A DNA stretch of 64,000 nucleotides. Origin: Sminthopsis crassicaudata (Eukaryota). The translations under genes were made by a program, and so were the position numbers. Of this stretch, positions 1 through 12,677 are shown piece by piece (the stretch's first letter is position 1; each line of letters opens with the position of its first letter). The stretch is taken from positions 219,749,238 to 219,813,237 of the forward strand of contig NC_133621.1 of NCBI RefSeq assembly GCF_048593235.1. The letters are read 5' to 3'. The notes under the pieces are model-generated. The model saw only the letters and a program-made list of their open reading frames with translations, was not told the origin of the DNA and ran no database searches.

Positions 1-2104
1 AGTTATTAAAAAAACATCAATAAACATGTTTTAAAGGTCCTAGAAAAAAATAGTGACATTGCTCAAGATTCCAATGAGTTTTCTGATAGACCAAGGATAG
101 TTTCATTGGAGACAGATCCTTATATTAGGATCTCTAGGTATGTATGTATCTTCCTTACGGAAAAAAGTGAGGGGGTATTGACCAACTGGGCTTCTTGTAC
201 TAATTTGGGAGCAGTGGGTGGTTTACTTCTAATTGAAAGTGTTAAAATGAGTGTTCCTCTAATTTGAAACACAAGTAGTCTCTCTTTTATATTCTTAGGA
301 AATTCTGAGTCCATATTCTCTCCTTCCTTGATGAGAGGTTTTGTCTGGCTTATTATGTGTTTTTCGTACAATGACCTGGATCTTCCTAGAATTTTATTCC
401 ACTTACAAGTTGTTTGGCTTTAGGAGCAAGGTGGGAGAAGAACCCAGCATGATCTTGGAAAAATCATTTTATTTTTCTGGGCTTGAGTTTCATATCCATT
501 GAGGATGGTATGACTATGTAATCCCATAAGGTCCCTCCCATTCTAAAATGTAATTCTATGACTGCCAGTGATAGAACCACAGCTAACTCCTCTTGACAGA
601 GTAAATGTGACTGAATCTAAAATGATATTTCTTGTTATCTTAGGTTAAAGGAGGAAAGATTAGAAAAATATCTTCCTTGAGATTCAAATTAAAAAACATT
701 GAGATTAGCAGGTATAGTTCCAGAAGGAATGGCCAAGACTGGAACCCAGGCCCAGCGAGAGACAGTTTTTTTGATACCTCTGTCCAGAAAGGAACAGCTT
801 CAGTTATGTTGGACTAGAGGAGCAATGGTACCCAGCTGCCATTGTTGCAGCCAACTATTGTTCAGCTTTTAAAAAGAAGCAGCCAGCTGCGGCCCTTAAG
901 TTAGAATCTAATTCTGATTTCCCAGATGAGACTAATGCCAGACCACTCTGTGCACCATGGAAACCATTGCCAGAGCCCTCAATTTAACTTTTGTAGCCAT
1001 GAAATGAGTTCCCCTGGTCCCTAGGACTGGGTAATGAGGAATTTTTAAATGATTCCCTTTCTGTTTGGAAAATGTTAGAGGAAAGCCAGAAGCAACTACA
1101 TAACTTTGCAAGGGGATTTTGCATCCCATCTTCTAGCCTTCCCCTTCAGAATTTATGTGCCATTTTTCATAATATATATTTGCTTTGTCATCACTGTAAA
1201 TCTCTTACCTGTTATTAATTGGAATTTTAATAATAAATAACATCTCTTATTCAATAATACTTTGCTATTTACAAAATGCTTCCCCTCCTCCCCCCAACCT
1301 TGTGAGGGTAGTACAAATATTATTGTCCCAGTTTTGAGGACACTGAAGCTTAGTGAGATTTCAATTTAGGAAAAGTCATATAATTAGCAAGTGTTAGAGA
1401 TGAACTATTACCTGGGTCTTCTGACTCTCAATTCACTGTTTTTTTCAACCATTCTTTAAATTTATTTCTTTTGTTTGTACATCACTCATTTCCCTATTAA
1501 GGACTATTTTAAACAATATTGGTATCCTATTATCAAAGTTTTTTAAAAAGTGGTCAGTGACATTAACTCAGCTACAGTCATGTTATTAAATGATTTTACT
1601 TAGTTAAGTTCTGGAGAGTATGTTTAAAAGTGTTAATACATTTATTAAGACAAATAAAATGGAGACCTTAGGATTATATCCATAGATATGAATTGATTCA
1701 ATCTTTTTCAATGTCATTCTAGATTGTCTAGTTCAGTAGTTCCAATTTATAACCACTTAATAAGTATTTACTGTGTATTATCAATAAGGCATTTGCTAGT
1801 GTTAAAAATCCAACATAAGTAGCTCTTGCCTTCAAAAAAACTAAGGCATACAACATAGAATATTAACCAATAGAGAGATCAAGAAGGGGTTCTTGTGGGA
1901 AGTGGTCCATGAAAGAGGATACAGATTCTAAGAAATTTTTGATAAAGAAGCAATACATTCTAAACATGGGCTTCACCCTGTGTAAAGGAGTGGAGGCAGG
2001 AAATGGAATGCTGAATTTGGGAAATGGCAAGTAGGCCACTCTGGATATAACATAAGACTTGTCCATGAAGGGGAATGGACTGGAAAGATATGCAAAAATC
2101 AAAT

Positions 2105-2750
2105 TTTAAAGGGAAAAGAACCCACATGTGCAAAACATTTGTAGTAACTCTTTTTATAGTGGCAAGGAACTGGAAACTGAGTGAATGCCTATCAGTTGCG
2201 GAATAGCTAAATAAGTTATGATATATGAATATAGTGGAATATTATTGTTCTATAAGAAACAATCAGAAGGATGATTTCAGAAAGTCCTAGAGAGACTTAA
2301 CATGAACTGATGCTAAATGACATGAGGAGAGAACCAAGAGAACATTGTACAAAGCAACAAGATTATGTGATGTGTACTTGGCTCTTTTGAGCAATTAGGT
2401 GATTCAGGCCAATGCCAATAGATTTGTGATAGAGAGAGCCATCTGCATCCAAAAAGAGGATTTTGGGGATTGAATGTAGATCACAACATAGTATTTTCAC
2501 TTTTTTTTGTTGTTGTTGTTTGCCTTTTTTTTTTTTTTTTCTTTCTCACTTTTTTCCTTTTTGATCTGATTTTTCTTGTTTTATCATGATAAATGTAGAA
2601 ATATGTTTAGAAGAATTAAAATCTTGGATTACTTGCAGTCTAGGAGAAGGGGATGGGGGGGTGGGAAAGAGAAAAATTTAGAATGCAAAATTTTGCAAGG
2701 GTGAATGTTGAAAGCTATCTTTGCATGTATTTTCAACACAAAAGGCTGTT
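2105..2750 (+). mobile_element. LINE-1 3' fragment (end of ORF2 plus 3' UTR), SARNP intron
   Basis: Resembles marsupial L1 ORF2 end/3' UTR (gtggcaaggaactggaaactgagtgaatgcc...gaatattattgttctataagaaac...ggaaagagaaaaatttagaatg); boundaries approximate; family assignment from recall. Confidence 0.75.
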
Positions 2751-5700
2751 ATTTATTTATTTTTTTTTATCACCTTTTAAAGATCCTTAATTGCCTATTT
2801 GAGAATCTTTTACTTCCTGCTAGAAGCAGTAGGGAGGCCACTAAAAGTTTTGGGAATGATATGGTTAGATTTATATTTTAGTAATACTATTTTGGCAGGA
2901 TGGGAAAGATGAATTGGAGTTTGAAAGAAACTGGAAGAGTCCAATTAGGGAGACCCTTGCATTAAGCTGGGAGATGATTAGGGCCTGCCTGAATTAGCTG
3001 TGACTCCCAGTATAAGTATTCATTGAGAAAATGCATGATGACAAAAAACTATTCTGAATTCAGTCATGCTTTTCAATGAATTTGAATGTGTTATTACATA
3101 GATGTATCTGTATAATATTTTAAGAATTAGTAACATGTTGTTTGGAAAAAATCTTCAGAAGGTGCATTTGCTTGAATTGAATTTTCTTGGAATGAAACAA
3201 AGTTTAAAATGACAGTACTTGCTGTCTGCTTAATGACCCTTGCAATAACTCTGAAATTTGAGACCCATGGGTTGGGAAGTGGTAATCTAGTTTAGTTCCC
3301 GAATTTTTCAGATGAAGGAAGCCCAGATAGTTCAAGTTGTCCAGGGTCATACAACTTAGCAGTGAGCAGAAAAACCACTTGGAAGTATTTTGACTTTTCC
3401 CGTTGTATTACAGCATTTATTTATTTATTTGGTCGTTTGCTTGTTTGTTTATAATTCATTTATTTCGTTTTGATTTTATCTATCTATCTATTTATTTATT
3501 TATTGGCGGCTTTCAGATATAGAAGGAAGGTAGCCCAGATTTTCAAGGACCTGGAAAGAGAAGGTGGATGGTATATATTTTTGTTGATTGGTAGAATGAA
3601 CTCAATTTTTGTTGCATTCCTAGATTCTTGTTTTCTTTTTTGACCACTCTTTCAATTTTGTCTTTTGAGACCATTTTTCTTATATTTATTTCACTATTTG
3701 CTATAGAAAATGGTCATGGTTGAGATCTTATATAACATAGAAATAGTTTATGCTAATTGTAGTCTGTTTTTTATTTTGTGACTTTTATAGAATTATTGTA
3801 TTGAAATTTTTTACATCATATTGGTAACCAGAGTCTGAGATTTGAATCATGAAGGGAAGGTTATAGGTCTTTCATTTGGTTTTCTACTCAACCCCTGCCT
3901 ATACTTCATACTAGATGAATATTAAATTCATAGAGGAGACCAAGGTTGAATGCTGAAGAGTAGAGTGTCCTCCTTAACTGAAATCAAAAAAGACTTTCAT
4001 CTTGAGTATCTCTTTGCTAAAAAGATGGATTATGATTTCACTTTTTGCTCCTTGCCAAGTCATCTCTACTAACTATACCAACTTGTTTTATACTTGATGA
4101 CTCCTACTTCCTTTGGGCTTCCAAAATTGTTTATATTCATATTATTATTAATATTTGTAATCTTGTTCATGAAACTCATAAAATAGCCCGAGGAAGAGAA
4201 GTAGTAGATAGAAAATAACTTGGGTGCTCTATATTGCTTGAAGAGAATTATCCTTTCTGATAACCTCAGAGGCAATGTGTGTTTATTGGAGGGGAATGAG
4301 TTTTTGATTGGAAATAAAGTTGATTGTAACCTAGACTCAGCTACTTCTCTACACACATCTCTCCTCTCACCCTCCAAAGGGAATGCTCATAGAAAGAAGA
4401 GATCTGTTGTCAGTACTAGAACAGCATTTGATGGTGGGGATGGGGTATTGGGAATGCAGAATGGGTAAGGGAAGGGTTTGTAAATGGGTATGACACTAAG
4501 CCAGAGGGGTCAGTGCTGCCCACAGATGCACAACCCCATTTGTGCACTTGAGCATGGCCTGAGGGAGCAGTGGGCCTGATGAATGTAGAGAGAGCTGTGT
4601 TTTGATCGAGGTAATTTCCCTCAGATGGGTCCCGCCATCCCATGAATCAAAACCTGTCAGCAAGGAGCTAAAGATGGAGTGAAGTTTATTGTATGTCTGT
4701 CTCCATGCGACACCATCACGCTAGAAGGGTCAAGTGAGAAAGATCATTAGAACTGCCTTGATTTAGTGGGCCTGTTGTGCACTTTCCCTTCAGGGCAAGA
4801 TGGAAAGAAGCTTTAGCCCAGGAACAGGGGACGCTGGAGGGGTAGGAATGGGAGGGCAGGAAAGCACAAAATAAATAAAACCCTCAGCATCCCTGGGGGT
4901 GAGAGGCTGAGCAGGAAACCATTTTCAAGGCAAAGTAGGCTCTGTGGTGGTAGTGGTGGTGTGTATGGAAGATTGGGAGATCGGGGGAGGGGTCTTATAT
5001 TGTTCTCTGGAGCCCCTGGTGAATTTGGAGCAGATGCTCTGCCTGGGTCCCTAGTAGAGGCGAGGCACCAAAGTTCCAATTAAAAGGGAAGCTCATTGGA
5101 GGAGAGGGATTCCCTGAGAATTTATCTCCCTAGAGGATAAACATAATAATAGTAGTAACAACAATAATTATTAGTAGTAATAGTAGAAGGGGATGAGTAA
5201 TGGTTGAAGAAGTAACCTTCTATGTGGTCTGCTTCCTTATTTTTCAACATTGATTGAAAAGGGCAATATCAGTAAACATCGTCCATCATTAAAATGGTTA
5301 TTTCAGAAGACAATAAAGTGAACATTTTGTTGAGGTGGGTGGCAGAGCCTAAGGAATGGGAGTTTGCCCACACAGTATTGGCTTTGCCCACAGAAGTGGA
5401 AATCAGATATATATGAAATGACTGAGCTCTTGAGTTTCAGTTAGGGGTTAGAGAAGAGTATTTGTTTCTTTTCATTTTAAATGTCTGCTACTTTAATTCA
5501 TAGGCTTGACAGTAGTGGCTCTGTATACATGACAGAGACTGAGCCATTATAATCAGTAATAGTGAATTGGTTTCTTCAGTGGCATTTCAGTAAGGTGTTG
5601 ATATTGTCCCGTGCCTCCTGCCATTTAGCAAAAAGGTATGGTATTTACCCTTTTTGATTTCTTGTCCTGTTTGGAGGATTGTGACTTATTTTAAGCATTC

Positions 5701-6419
5701 AGCCTGCTTTCTTCTAGACTGAGAGACTTGAAGGTTTGTCAAAGCTACATTTAAGAAGGAGAACTTGAAATTTTCAGTCATGAGATTTTTTTCCTTCCTT
5801 CCCATTCTTAGGTGTTATGGGGCAGGCAGGGTGAGTAATATAGTATAAACTTTCCCCAGTAACTTGGATGATAAGGAATTTAATGGAATAAGGAATAATT
5901 TTTGTTGATAGAATAAGTGGAAATGAATTGCAGGAAGATAGATATAGGGAATTCTTTGGTTTAAGCCGAAAAAGAAGGGAGGAAACCATTGCTAAGTACT
6001 TGTTTTAGGAGGATACTAGAGAAAATATGCTTAATATAATGTTTTACACAGAATGTATAATGGTAATAGTTTATTGATAGGATCATAGATACAGAGTGGA
6101 AAAGGATCCCAGAGGTCATCTTGGCCAACCCATCATTTTATAACGTATCCAGAGGTGAAAATTGTTGGCCAAGGTTACACAATAAGTAGCAGACCTGGGA
6201 TTTACAGTGATCTCTAATTCCAAATCTAGTGTACTCTTTCACTGACACATATATGAAATTACTTTCTAAGATCTAGATGGATAAAGTTGTAAGTCTTCAT
6301 GCTGAATATTCCCCCTTTCATTATTGACTTCCTGCTTTAAATTAGCCTGACCTTTCTACTCCCACCCCCTATAATCAAATTCCTATCTTCTAATTTACTG
6401 ATCTCATTTGGTTGCCTTA

Positions 6420-7230
6420 GATCAGTCAGTCAGTAAACAATTTTTATTAAGTGCTTTCGATGTACCAGGCACCATGGAAAACATGGTGGATACAAAAAAA
6501 GGTCTCAAGGAACTCACAATCTAGTGGGGAAAATAACAAGCAAATGTTCACAAACAAGCTATCTTCAGGAAAAATAGGAGATAGTTAAAAGAAGGCACTA
6601 GAATTAAAAGGGGTTGAGAGACTTCCTGTAGAAGATAGGATTTTAGTTGGAACTTGAAGCAAGGGAAGTCAGTATGGAGAGATGAGAAAGAATATTTCAG
6701 AAATGGAGTAGTCAGAGAAAATGCTTGAACTTTAGAGATGGAGTGTTTTGTTCAAGAAACAGCATGAGGCCAATGTCAGTGGGTTGAAGAGTACATTGGC
6801 AAGGAATAAGATATATAAGAAGGCTGAAAAGATTGGGGGTTGGAGTAGTAGGTCATATAGAATTTTTGAAGGCCAAATGGATGAATTTGTATTTGTTCCT
6901 GGAGTTGAGTAGGAAGGATAACCTGTGCTTTAGGAATATCACTTTAGTAGCTGAAGGGAGGATGGAGTGGAATGGGGAAAGAATTAAGGCAAATGGATTC
7001 ACCAGTAGGCTGTTGTAGTAATACAGTCATGAATTGATGAGGACTGAACCAAAGTGATAGCAGTATCAGAGGAGATAAGATGGTCTATTCAAGAGATATT
7101 ACAAAGATGAAATATACAGGCCTTGGCAACTAATTGGATATGGGGAAGGGTAAGAAATAGTGAGTAATTGAAGATGAAACCCAGGTTTCAAGCCTCTGAG
7201 GGGCTGAGAGGATGGTGTTGCCCTTGATAA
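6420..7230 (-). mobile_element. LINE-2 fragment
   Basis: Starts with the typical reverse-strand L2 3' end (agtcagtcagtaaacaatttttattaagtgct...ccaggcac...ctcaaggaactcacaatctagtggg), followed by purine-rich L2 body. Confidence 0.7.
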
Positions 7231-9181
7231 CATGCTATTCAAAGATCTATGACTATCTGTGTCCTTCCGTATGTGTACACTGAAGTCCCCCAGTATGGTT
7301 TAGATGGTATTTTCAAAGTTGCTATGGCCAAAAATTTCAACACCTTGTCTACCTGTTGATCCAAAACCTTAGGCTTTTTCCCAGAAATACATTCTGTTGC
7401 TTGGCTTCTAACCAAAATCTTTTCAGTATGATAGGACCTGGCACAGCCTGTGATTTCATATAGTGCTTTATAGTTCATAAAGCACACTACAAAAAAATAA
7501 CCTAATTTAATCTACAAACAGACCTTTTGAAATAGGTATCCTCATTTTACAGATGAGGAAATTGAGGCTCAGAGAGGTTAAGTGAATGCTTGATGATGAT
7601 GATTATGAAAATAAAGCAAGAAAACTATGCATGAAATGGAGTCTGCCCAATTAAAATGTTCTGATTATGAGTCGAGAGGTACGTATGAGTAGGAATTTCT
7701 TCAGACTTTTATAACTTTGGAAGGCAAGTGTAGTAGGATAGAAATTGACAAACTGCTCAGACCCTAGAAACTCAGGAGACTTGATGCCTAGAATCACATT
7801 CAGGAAGCTTGACTCAGTTTTAAATAGTTGAGCACAATGAGCATGCCAACTGCCCTCCTTATATCAGAGGAGGTTCCTAGGAATTTGGGAGCAAAAAGCA
7901 GTTCCTTAGAACCTTAGAAAAACTTCCCATATCTCTCTGAATCACTCACATGAGTTTGCTTTTCATCCTCTAGACATCTTGAGCTAGAGTAGGCTGACTG
8001 GGATACCTTCCTTAGAGCTGTAGCCTACCTGTGGCCAGGCTTCATGAGGAGGAGAATTAGCAATGCTTTCAAGAAATATAAACTCCTGGGGGCTGTAAAA
8101 AAAATCCAGCTCAGAAGCATTAAGCAGGAGCTCATTAAATAGTTTGCTTGAGTTCTTTCAGCCTGGCCTGGTGTTGGTTATCTTTATTACTGGTTGTAAA
8201 TAAAGCCAAAGAAGTTGTCCTGTCCCATGGGGGCCTCCAAATTGGTGTGAAGCAAAGGGAGTGGGGGCAGACTTCTGTCTTGATGTGCTAAGGACCAGAA
8301 CATCTTTTCTTGGAAAAACTAAAATAGTGTTCAGATATCTTTTCTCTAATTTTAGATATTTGTTGTTCTGAGACTGCTCTTTATAGGCTTTGACAGATTC
8401 CATTCTTCCTTAACATTATAAACACATTGAATTTTGAAGTCACAGAGGGAAAATTCATAAGACTTCCATCTCCAGTCTTGAAAGTTGTTGGAAGTGAACA
8501 ACTTCAATCATTAAATTAATAACAGGAGAAGTGTGCTTGGTCCAGCTAATGGCAGCCAAAACATTCTTAGTTTGCAAGGCATACAACTGAACATGGGTTT
8601 TTTGGGTGCTTAGATAGCCTAAGAGACTCTAGTTGGGGCCTCAACTTTTTTTTTTTCTTTCTCCATAAGCCTTTTAGATATCCTCTTTATCCTCTTCACC
8701 TTGGCTTGTTAGTTGGGCCTGTTGACCATCTTGGTCTCCCCATTTAGATAATCTTTTATCCTTTGCAGGTGTGACTGTTCTCTGCCCTGAACTGCCTGAG
8801 AAATTTGAGTCAAATATTTTGAGTTAAAAGATTTGACTTTTGATTACTATCTATAATTGCTGCTGCTTGACTCAGTTTCTTTCAAGAGTGAAAAGTTCCA
8901 ACTCCAATTTAATTTTTGCTGGTTCTGTGGACCATCCGTGTACATGCAGATGGCTCCAAGTGCTATAGCTTGCAGTTTTGTCATGGCCCCCTGCTTGGTG
9001 CCTGCTTTGCTAATTCTGTGTGATAATACCGTTCTAACCCTTAGCACTAACCTTGGAAGAGGTAGGGACATAAACAGTAACTAACCAATTATAATTTTAC
9101 TCCCCATTTCTCCCCATTCACCCAGGGTTCTTGTTGTCAAGAACCATATTGTTTCACCCTTCACTTATTGTCCCCGAACAG

Positions 9182-9271
9182 AGTGAGGATGATGAGAAGC
9201 TGAAAAAGAGGAAGGAACGATTTGGAATTGTCACAAGTTCAGCTGGAACTGGAACCACAGAGGACACAGAG
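9182..9271 (+). CDS. SARNP: SAP domain-containing ribonucleoprotein (CIP29), penultimate coding exon
   Basis: cag|AGT...GAG|gtaaga; 30 codons SEDDEKLKKRKERFGIVTSSAGTGTTEDTE matching the SARNP C-terminus; phase 0/0. Upstream exons were not found and lie outside the window. Confidence 0.96.
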
Positions 9272-9649
9272 GTAAGAATATGACAAGGATAAATTTTTAG
9301 AAGGAAGCAGGGTAACTTCCCCAAAAATCTTCTGGTGCTTTTTGGAATAAAAATGTTCTGTTAGTTGCTTCACATTTCATTTTGAGATGAATATATATAT
9401 ATATATATATCTTGATCAGGGATAACTTTGAGTCACTTTTGCACTTACAAAGTGCCCCATCCAGCAGAGAGATGGACTCAAATAAATGAAGTCTTCACCC
9501 ATATCACTTTTTTTTTTACATAAGCTTGTTTTGATATGGAAAAATGGCTATATGAATGAAATATCATCCCCGCTGTCTCCCTAATGCTGATATCTTAGAC
9601 CTAATTCTTGCTTCTGGGAACTGATATTTTGACTGGTAATAATTCATAA

Positions 9650-9800
9650 NNNNNNNNNNNNNNNNNNNNNNNNNNNNNNNNNNNNNNNNNNNNNNNNNNN
9701 NNNNNNNNNNNNNNNNNNNNNNNNNNNNNNNNNNNNNNNNNNNNNNNNNNNNNNNNNNNNNNNNNNNNNNNNNNNNNNNNNNNNNNNNNNNNNNNNNNNN
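9650..9800. other. Assembly gap (N run)
   Basis: 151 N; abuts a SINE on its right. Confidence 1.
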
Positions 9801-9908
9801 TGACTTGCCCAGACTCATACAGCTAGGACATGTTAAGTGTCTGAGACCAGACCAGACTTGAACTCAGGTCCTACTGACTTCAGGGCTGGTGCTCTATTCA
9901 GCTGCCCC
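9801..9908 (-). mobile_element. WSINE1-like tRNA-derived SINE (partial, truncated by gap)
   Basis: tgacttgcccag...cagctag...gttaagtgtctgagacc...ttgaactcaggtc...cagggctggtgctcta...gctgcccc; reverse complement of the element at 43615-43759. Confidence 0.8.
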
Positions 9909-11469
9909 AAACATATAAATTTAGAAAAGTACAGAATAACCTTTAATATAGCACACCTTTAGGATTATTGATAGCACTTTAAGAATCAGTAGATTGAGTG
10001 TTAAAGAAATGAGTATTCTACACCTTAGTTCTATTTAGTCTTCTTAGGTCTTACCTCTTTCCATCTGGCTTAAGAAGTGACTTCCTTTTGAGTGTTTAAA
10101 AAAACAAAATGCCCCTGAGGCAACTTAATAAAGTCATTTTTGGTAAAACAATGAAGTTGTTTATAATCTACTTCAGTTAGGAAAATTTAGGATTCTAGGA
10201 GTAGCTTCACAAAAAAAGGATCCAGTCCTTCACTCACATCTTTCTATATCCTACCTTTTCTGCGTGTGTGCATGTTTGGGGATGGAGTGGGGGAAGCGGA
10301 GTCTTCATTATTAGCTGCTTGTAAGTACTGAAGTGTTATATATTGTTGTTAATTGGCTACTGCAAGAATTTTTGGAAGTAGAATTTTTGTTTTCTTTATT
10401 TTGGCTTAAAGTTTTATTTAAGGTTTAATTAGTTTACATAATTTGTCCAGGAAAAAGTGTTAATCTAGGCTTGATCATTTGAAAGTTGGTGTCAAAATTC
10501 CCAAACTGATTAGGCTGTGAAGATGAAAGATTGTTATTTAGAAGTCAAGAAAGAAAGAGTTGCCTTTACAAAAGAGAGGGGAAGATTGTGTATGGGAAAT
10601 AATTCTTGAGGCAGATTTTAGTTCACATGAATAAGAGGATTTTTTTATTTTTTTTTTTTGGGTGCCTAAGACTTGGATCAGTGATCCAGGTGGTAAAAGG
10701 GTAGGGCCTTGTATGCACTCAGTTTTTTGGATGAAGTCTAAATTTTACCTCCATGTGAATAGCATGGCATCTTCCCCCTATCCCTGACTGGGGGGGGGGG
10801 GGAAGGGGGAGAGAGAAGAGAAGAACTTCCCTATTTGCTGGGGAAGGGAGATGGCAGGGGTGAGGATGAAGGACTCTGCTATTTTGTGAGGTCATTCCCA
10901 GAACAAAAAGGTCTTTTTGCAGGTTTTGTGCTCTCTCCAGTCTCCCTCCCTTGAGAGATCCATGATTGGGGCTTCTGTTTCCCCTCCCTCTAGCTATTTA
11001 TTCTGTTAGAAATGAAGATTTATATGCCTCTCTCTTGGATAGGCTTGGAGGCCTATCAAGGAGCTGCTGCTAGGGCTTGAATGCCTGGGAGGGCATCCCC
11101 CCTCACCTTCCCCTTGAATAGCACAGGGTTAACCCTTTGCCCTTTGAAATCCCCCAACCTCCCCATGCCTAGAAGGCTTTTCCAGTTATTTCAAGAGGCC
11201 ATTGTTTCCAGACCTACAGTAAGATACTACCAAAGCTACTATGACCCTCCTTCCCACAGGAATCTTACTATTTTCTATCCCCTTGATTATTCCCCTCTGG
11301 GACTTGGGGAATCAAAGACTTGGCTGCCAAGTCCAAGCCTGGGCTATCACTTGGGCTTGGACCTTGTGACAATTCATGTGAGTTTAAGCTAAGGAAGCCA
11401 GGAGCTTAAGCTACTCTTCTCCATCTCCTAAATCCTCTGATTTTTCTCCTCTAATTTTTTTCTTCACAG

Positions 11470-11511
11470 GCAAAGAAGAGGAAAAGAGCAGAGCGATTTG
11501 GTATTGCCTGA
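11470..11511 (+). CDS. SARNP: SARNP terminal coding exon
   Basis: ttttttcttcacag|GCA; AKKRKRAERFGIA then TGA, followed by a second TGA at 11512-11514. Confidence 0.96.
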   Translation, partial: AKKRKRAERFGIA

Positions 11512-11759
11512 TGAGAAGTTTTTGCTGCCTTCTGCTGTTGATGATTCCCATCTCTGATTCTTTTCTTGGTCATTTACATAACCTACTTGTATACAGACAG
11601 GCACCTTCCTGGGCCTTGTCCCTTGATGAGGGGACATGCATCCCAGACACATACACAAACCCTCAGCAGCAGTTTTAGCTTTTTTGCAATTACAACTTCA
11701 AGGTGTTTTTTCTCCCCTGTTGTTTTTGTTTTGTTTTGTTTTTTAAATTCTGGTTGTTA

Positions 11760-11765
11760 ATTAAA
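11760..11765 (+). terminator. Candidate SARNP polyadenylation signal (ATTAAA)
   Basis: ATTAAA about 250 nt after the stop, preceded by a GU/U-rich stretch. Confidence 0.6.
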
Positions 11766-12516
11766 AAAAATTTAGAAAAGAAATTAATGTGTTTGATTGA
11801 ATGGTTAGCACTTAGAAATGATCTGATGGAGGAAGGAGCTAATGTCCATGAGATACAATCTGAAAAACCACTTCTTTCCCAAGTCACTCTCTTATGTACT
11901 GTATGAAGGCTTAGATGGCTACTTGGTTCTTGACCCGAAGTTTGAGGGTTAGTAAGAGAGAGGTGAACAGTTGAGGCATTGGATTCCAAGGAGGTGATGC
12001 ATAGTGGTATTTTTTAGTCTCTTTGCTGGAGCCCTGGAGGAAGAAGAGAGACTACCTACAGGGAGCTGGGCACAGATTACAGTCGGGGTGGGTACAGAGA
12101 CTTCAATAGTAATAGAATTCAAGGGTGAAAAGATGGGATAGGTGCTTTAGGAATCTTGAGGCAAGTGAAGGGGCATAAGGAATCAGAGGAAACAAATTAG
12201 AGACTTAAGCTCTGTGCAAAGATCACTGTTGGTAATATAATGGGACTATAACTCAACTCCAACTTACCTGACCCTTAAGTCTAGTACTGCTTCTCTAGAT
12301 TCAGTTCATCTATGACAAAATGATGTCATTGGAATTTTTTAGGGAAGATGTTCTCTTAGGTCTTACTGGAAACATTCCAATCTGTTGTGGGTATAGTTCT
12401 TGTCCTCTCCCCTACCTACCACCCTCAAAGAACTTTAAGCTAGGAGTTTGAGCCTGTGACTTCACAGATGTCTGACACATGTGTTATATTTCTATATGCT
12501 TTCCTTATGGTTACTT

Positions 12517-12677
12517 GAACTCCCATCCTAGATCTTCCTTTCCTAATTCGTAGGTTTTAGAAGCTCCCTAAGAGTAACCTATTCTTCTGTCTCTTAGAAC
12601 TCCCATCTTAGATCTTCCTTCCCTAATTCTTAAGAGGTTTTAGAAGTTCCTAGAAACCTAATCCTCTATCTTTTAGA
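12517..12677. repeat. Two-copy ~80-bp tandem duplication
   Basis: gaactcccatc(c/t)tagatcttcctt(t/c)cctaattc...ggttttagaag(c/t)tcc starts at 12517 and again at 12597. Confidence 0.85.

Noticed and set aside
1-9100. Earlier SARNP coding exons (e.g. LKERAQRFG)
   Set aside because: Not found on reading; the short ORFs listed here show no SARNP similarity, so this is one long intron.
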